DNA from: Gemmatimonas sp.
GTDB taxonomy: Bacteria; Gemmatimonadota; Gemmatimonadetes; Gemmatimonadales; Gemmatimonadaceae
NCBI GenBank assembly: GCA_965279375.1
Contig: OZ257156.1
Span: 256,001 to 320,000, forward strand
Reading direction: 5' to 3'
Length of the DNA: 64,000 bases
A program made the translations under genes and the position numbers. Shown here in pieces: positions 63,516 through 64,000 of this stretch (within the stretch, counting starts at the first letter, position 1; every line of letters begins with the position of its first letter). The notes beneath the pieces were generated by a model, which was not told where the DNA came from, did not search any database, and worked only from the letters and a program-made list of their open reading frames with translations.

Positions 63516-64000
63516 CTAACCCTGCAGTTCTGCAGCCAGCGTGTCGAGGCGTGCGTAACTCGTCTCCATGCCGTCAGTCATGCCGGTAGAGATTGCCGCG
63601 TCGCGCGCGTCCTTCGACGCGTACTCGATCAGCACGACCAGCGTGGTAACGCCGTTCTGCTCAGTGAAGGTGGTCCGGTTGATGGTCGGGCTGGTGGGCA
63701 TCTCACCGCCAAAGCTGCCGGGATCGAAGTATTCGGCACTGACGATGGTTGCGTGCTCCTCGATTTCTCGATAGTCGCCGTAGAAGCCGAAGTCCTTGCC
63801 GTCTTCCTCCTGGCGCCAGCGCCAGCGAAACCCGCCGCCGAGCCGCACATCCAACTCGCACACCGGCATCGACCAGCCAGGATAGCCCCCGATCCAGCGA
63901 CGAAAAAGCTGGGGATCGACGTGCGCCTGCCAGAGCAGCGTGCGAGGCGCTCTGAAGTCGCGGGTGACGCGTATCTCGGTGTCGCTCGGCAGCGATACCT
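63516..64000 (-). CDS. SRPBCC/AHA1-like domain protein (5' end outside the window)
   Basis: Open frame to the window edge: VSLPSDTEIRVTRDFRAPRTLLWQAHVDPQLFRRWIG...MPVCELDVRLGG.FR...GMETSYARLD. Confidence 0.88.
   Translation of the reverse strand, partial: VSLPSDTEIRVTRDFRAPRTLLWQAHVDPQLFRRWIGGYPGWSMPVCELDVRLGGGFRWRWRQEEDGKDFGFYGDYREIEEHATIVSAEYFDPGSFGGEMPTSPTINRTTFTEQNGVTTLVVLIEYASKDARDAAISTGMTDGMETSYARLDTLAAELQG

Overview
A high-GC bacterial chromosomal window, most likely Gemmatimonadota. The taxon is inferred from the SusC/RagA receptor, membrane Ser/Thr kinase and gene content, not proven. It holds about 60 mostly housekeeping, transport and envelope genes: a SusC/RagA receptor (partial), a FrcBCA-like sugar ABC transporter, two APC permeases, type II pantothenate kinase, truncated haemoglobin, an iodotyrosine-deiodinase-like nitroreductase, a NatAB-like ABC exporter, bacilliredoxin, a solo GroES, lepB, an H1-like/SWIB protein, nfo, pruA, a GGDEF protein, PP2C, a PLP decarboxylase and a TetR-TolC-MFP-RND efflux operon. 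Three things stand out. (1) 7012-10417: a compact operon of two signal-peptide-less zinc metalloproteases (M43/pappalysin-like and M4/gluzincin-like). Both have Lys/Ala histone-H1-like N-terminal tails, they flank a small coupled unknown protein (inhibitor candidate), and the leader is structured and can sequester the SD. This is my best candidate for an undescribed system, but its function is inference only. (2) 60119-62424: an integron cassette array with no integrase in the window (CALIN-like). It has two closely related ~110-bp attC sites, a DUF433/PIN toxin-antitoxin cassette with its own promoter, and a composite DUF1801 + IS3 remnant + DinB cassette. (3) 11604-13837: a MarR-GNAT regulator with an operator-like palindrome, translationally coupled to a short Rv1355c/MoeY-like ThiF enzyme. 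I recognised no rRNA, tRNA or CRISPR array. All calls come from motif recognition by eye; no searches were run.
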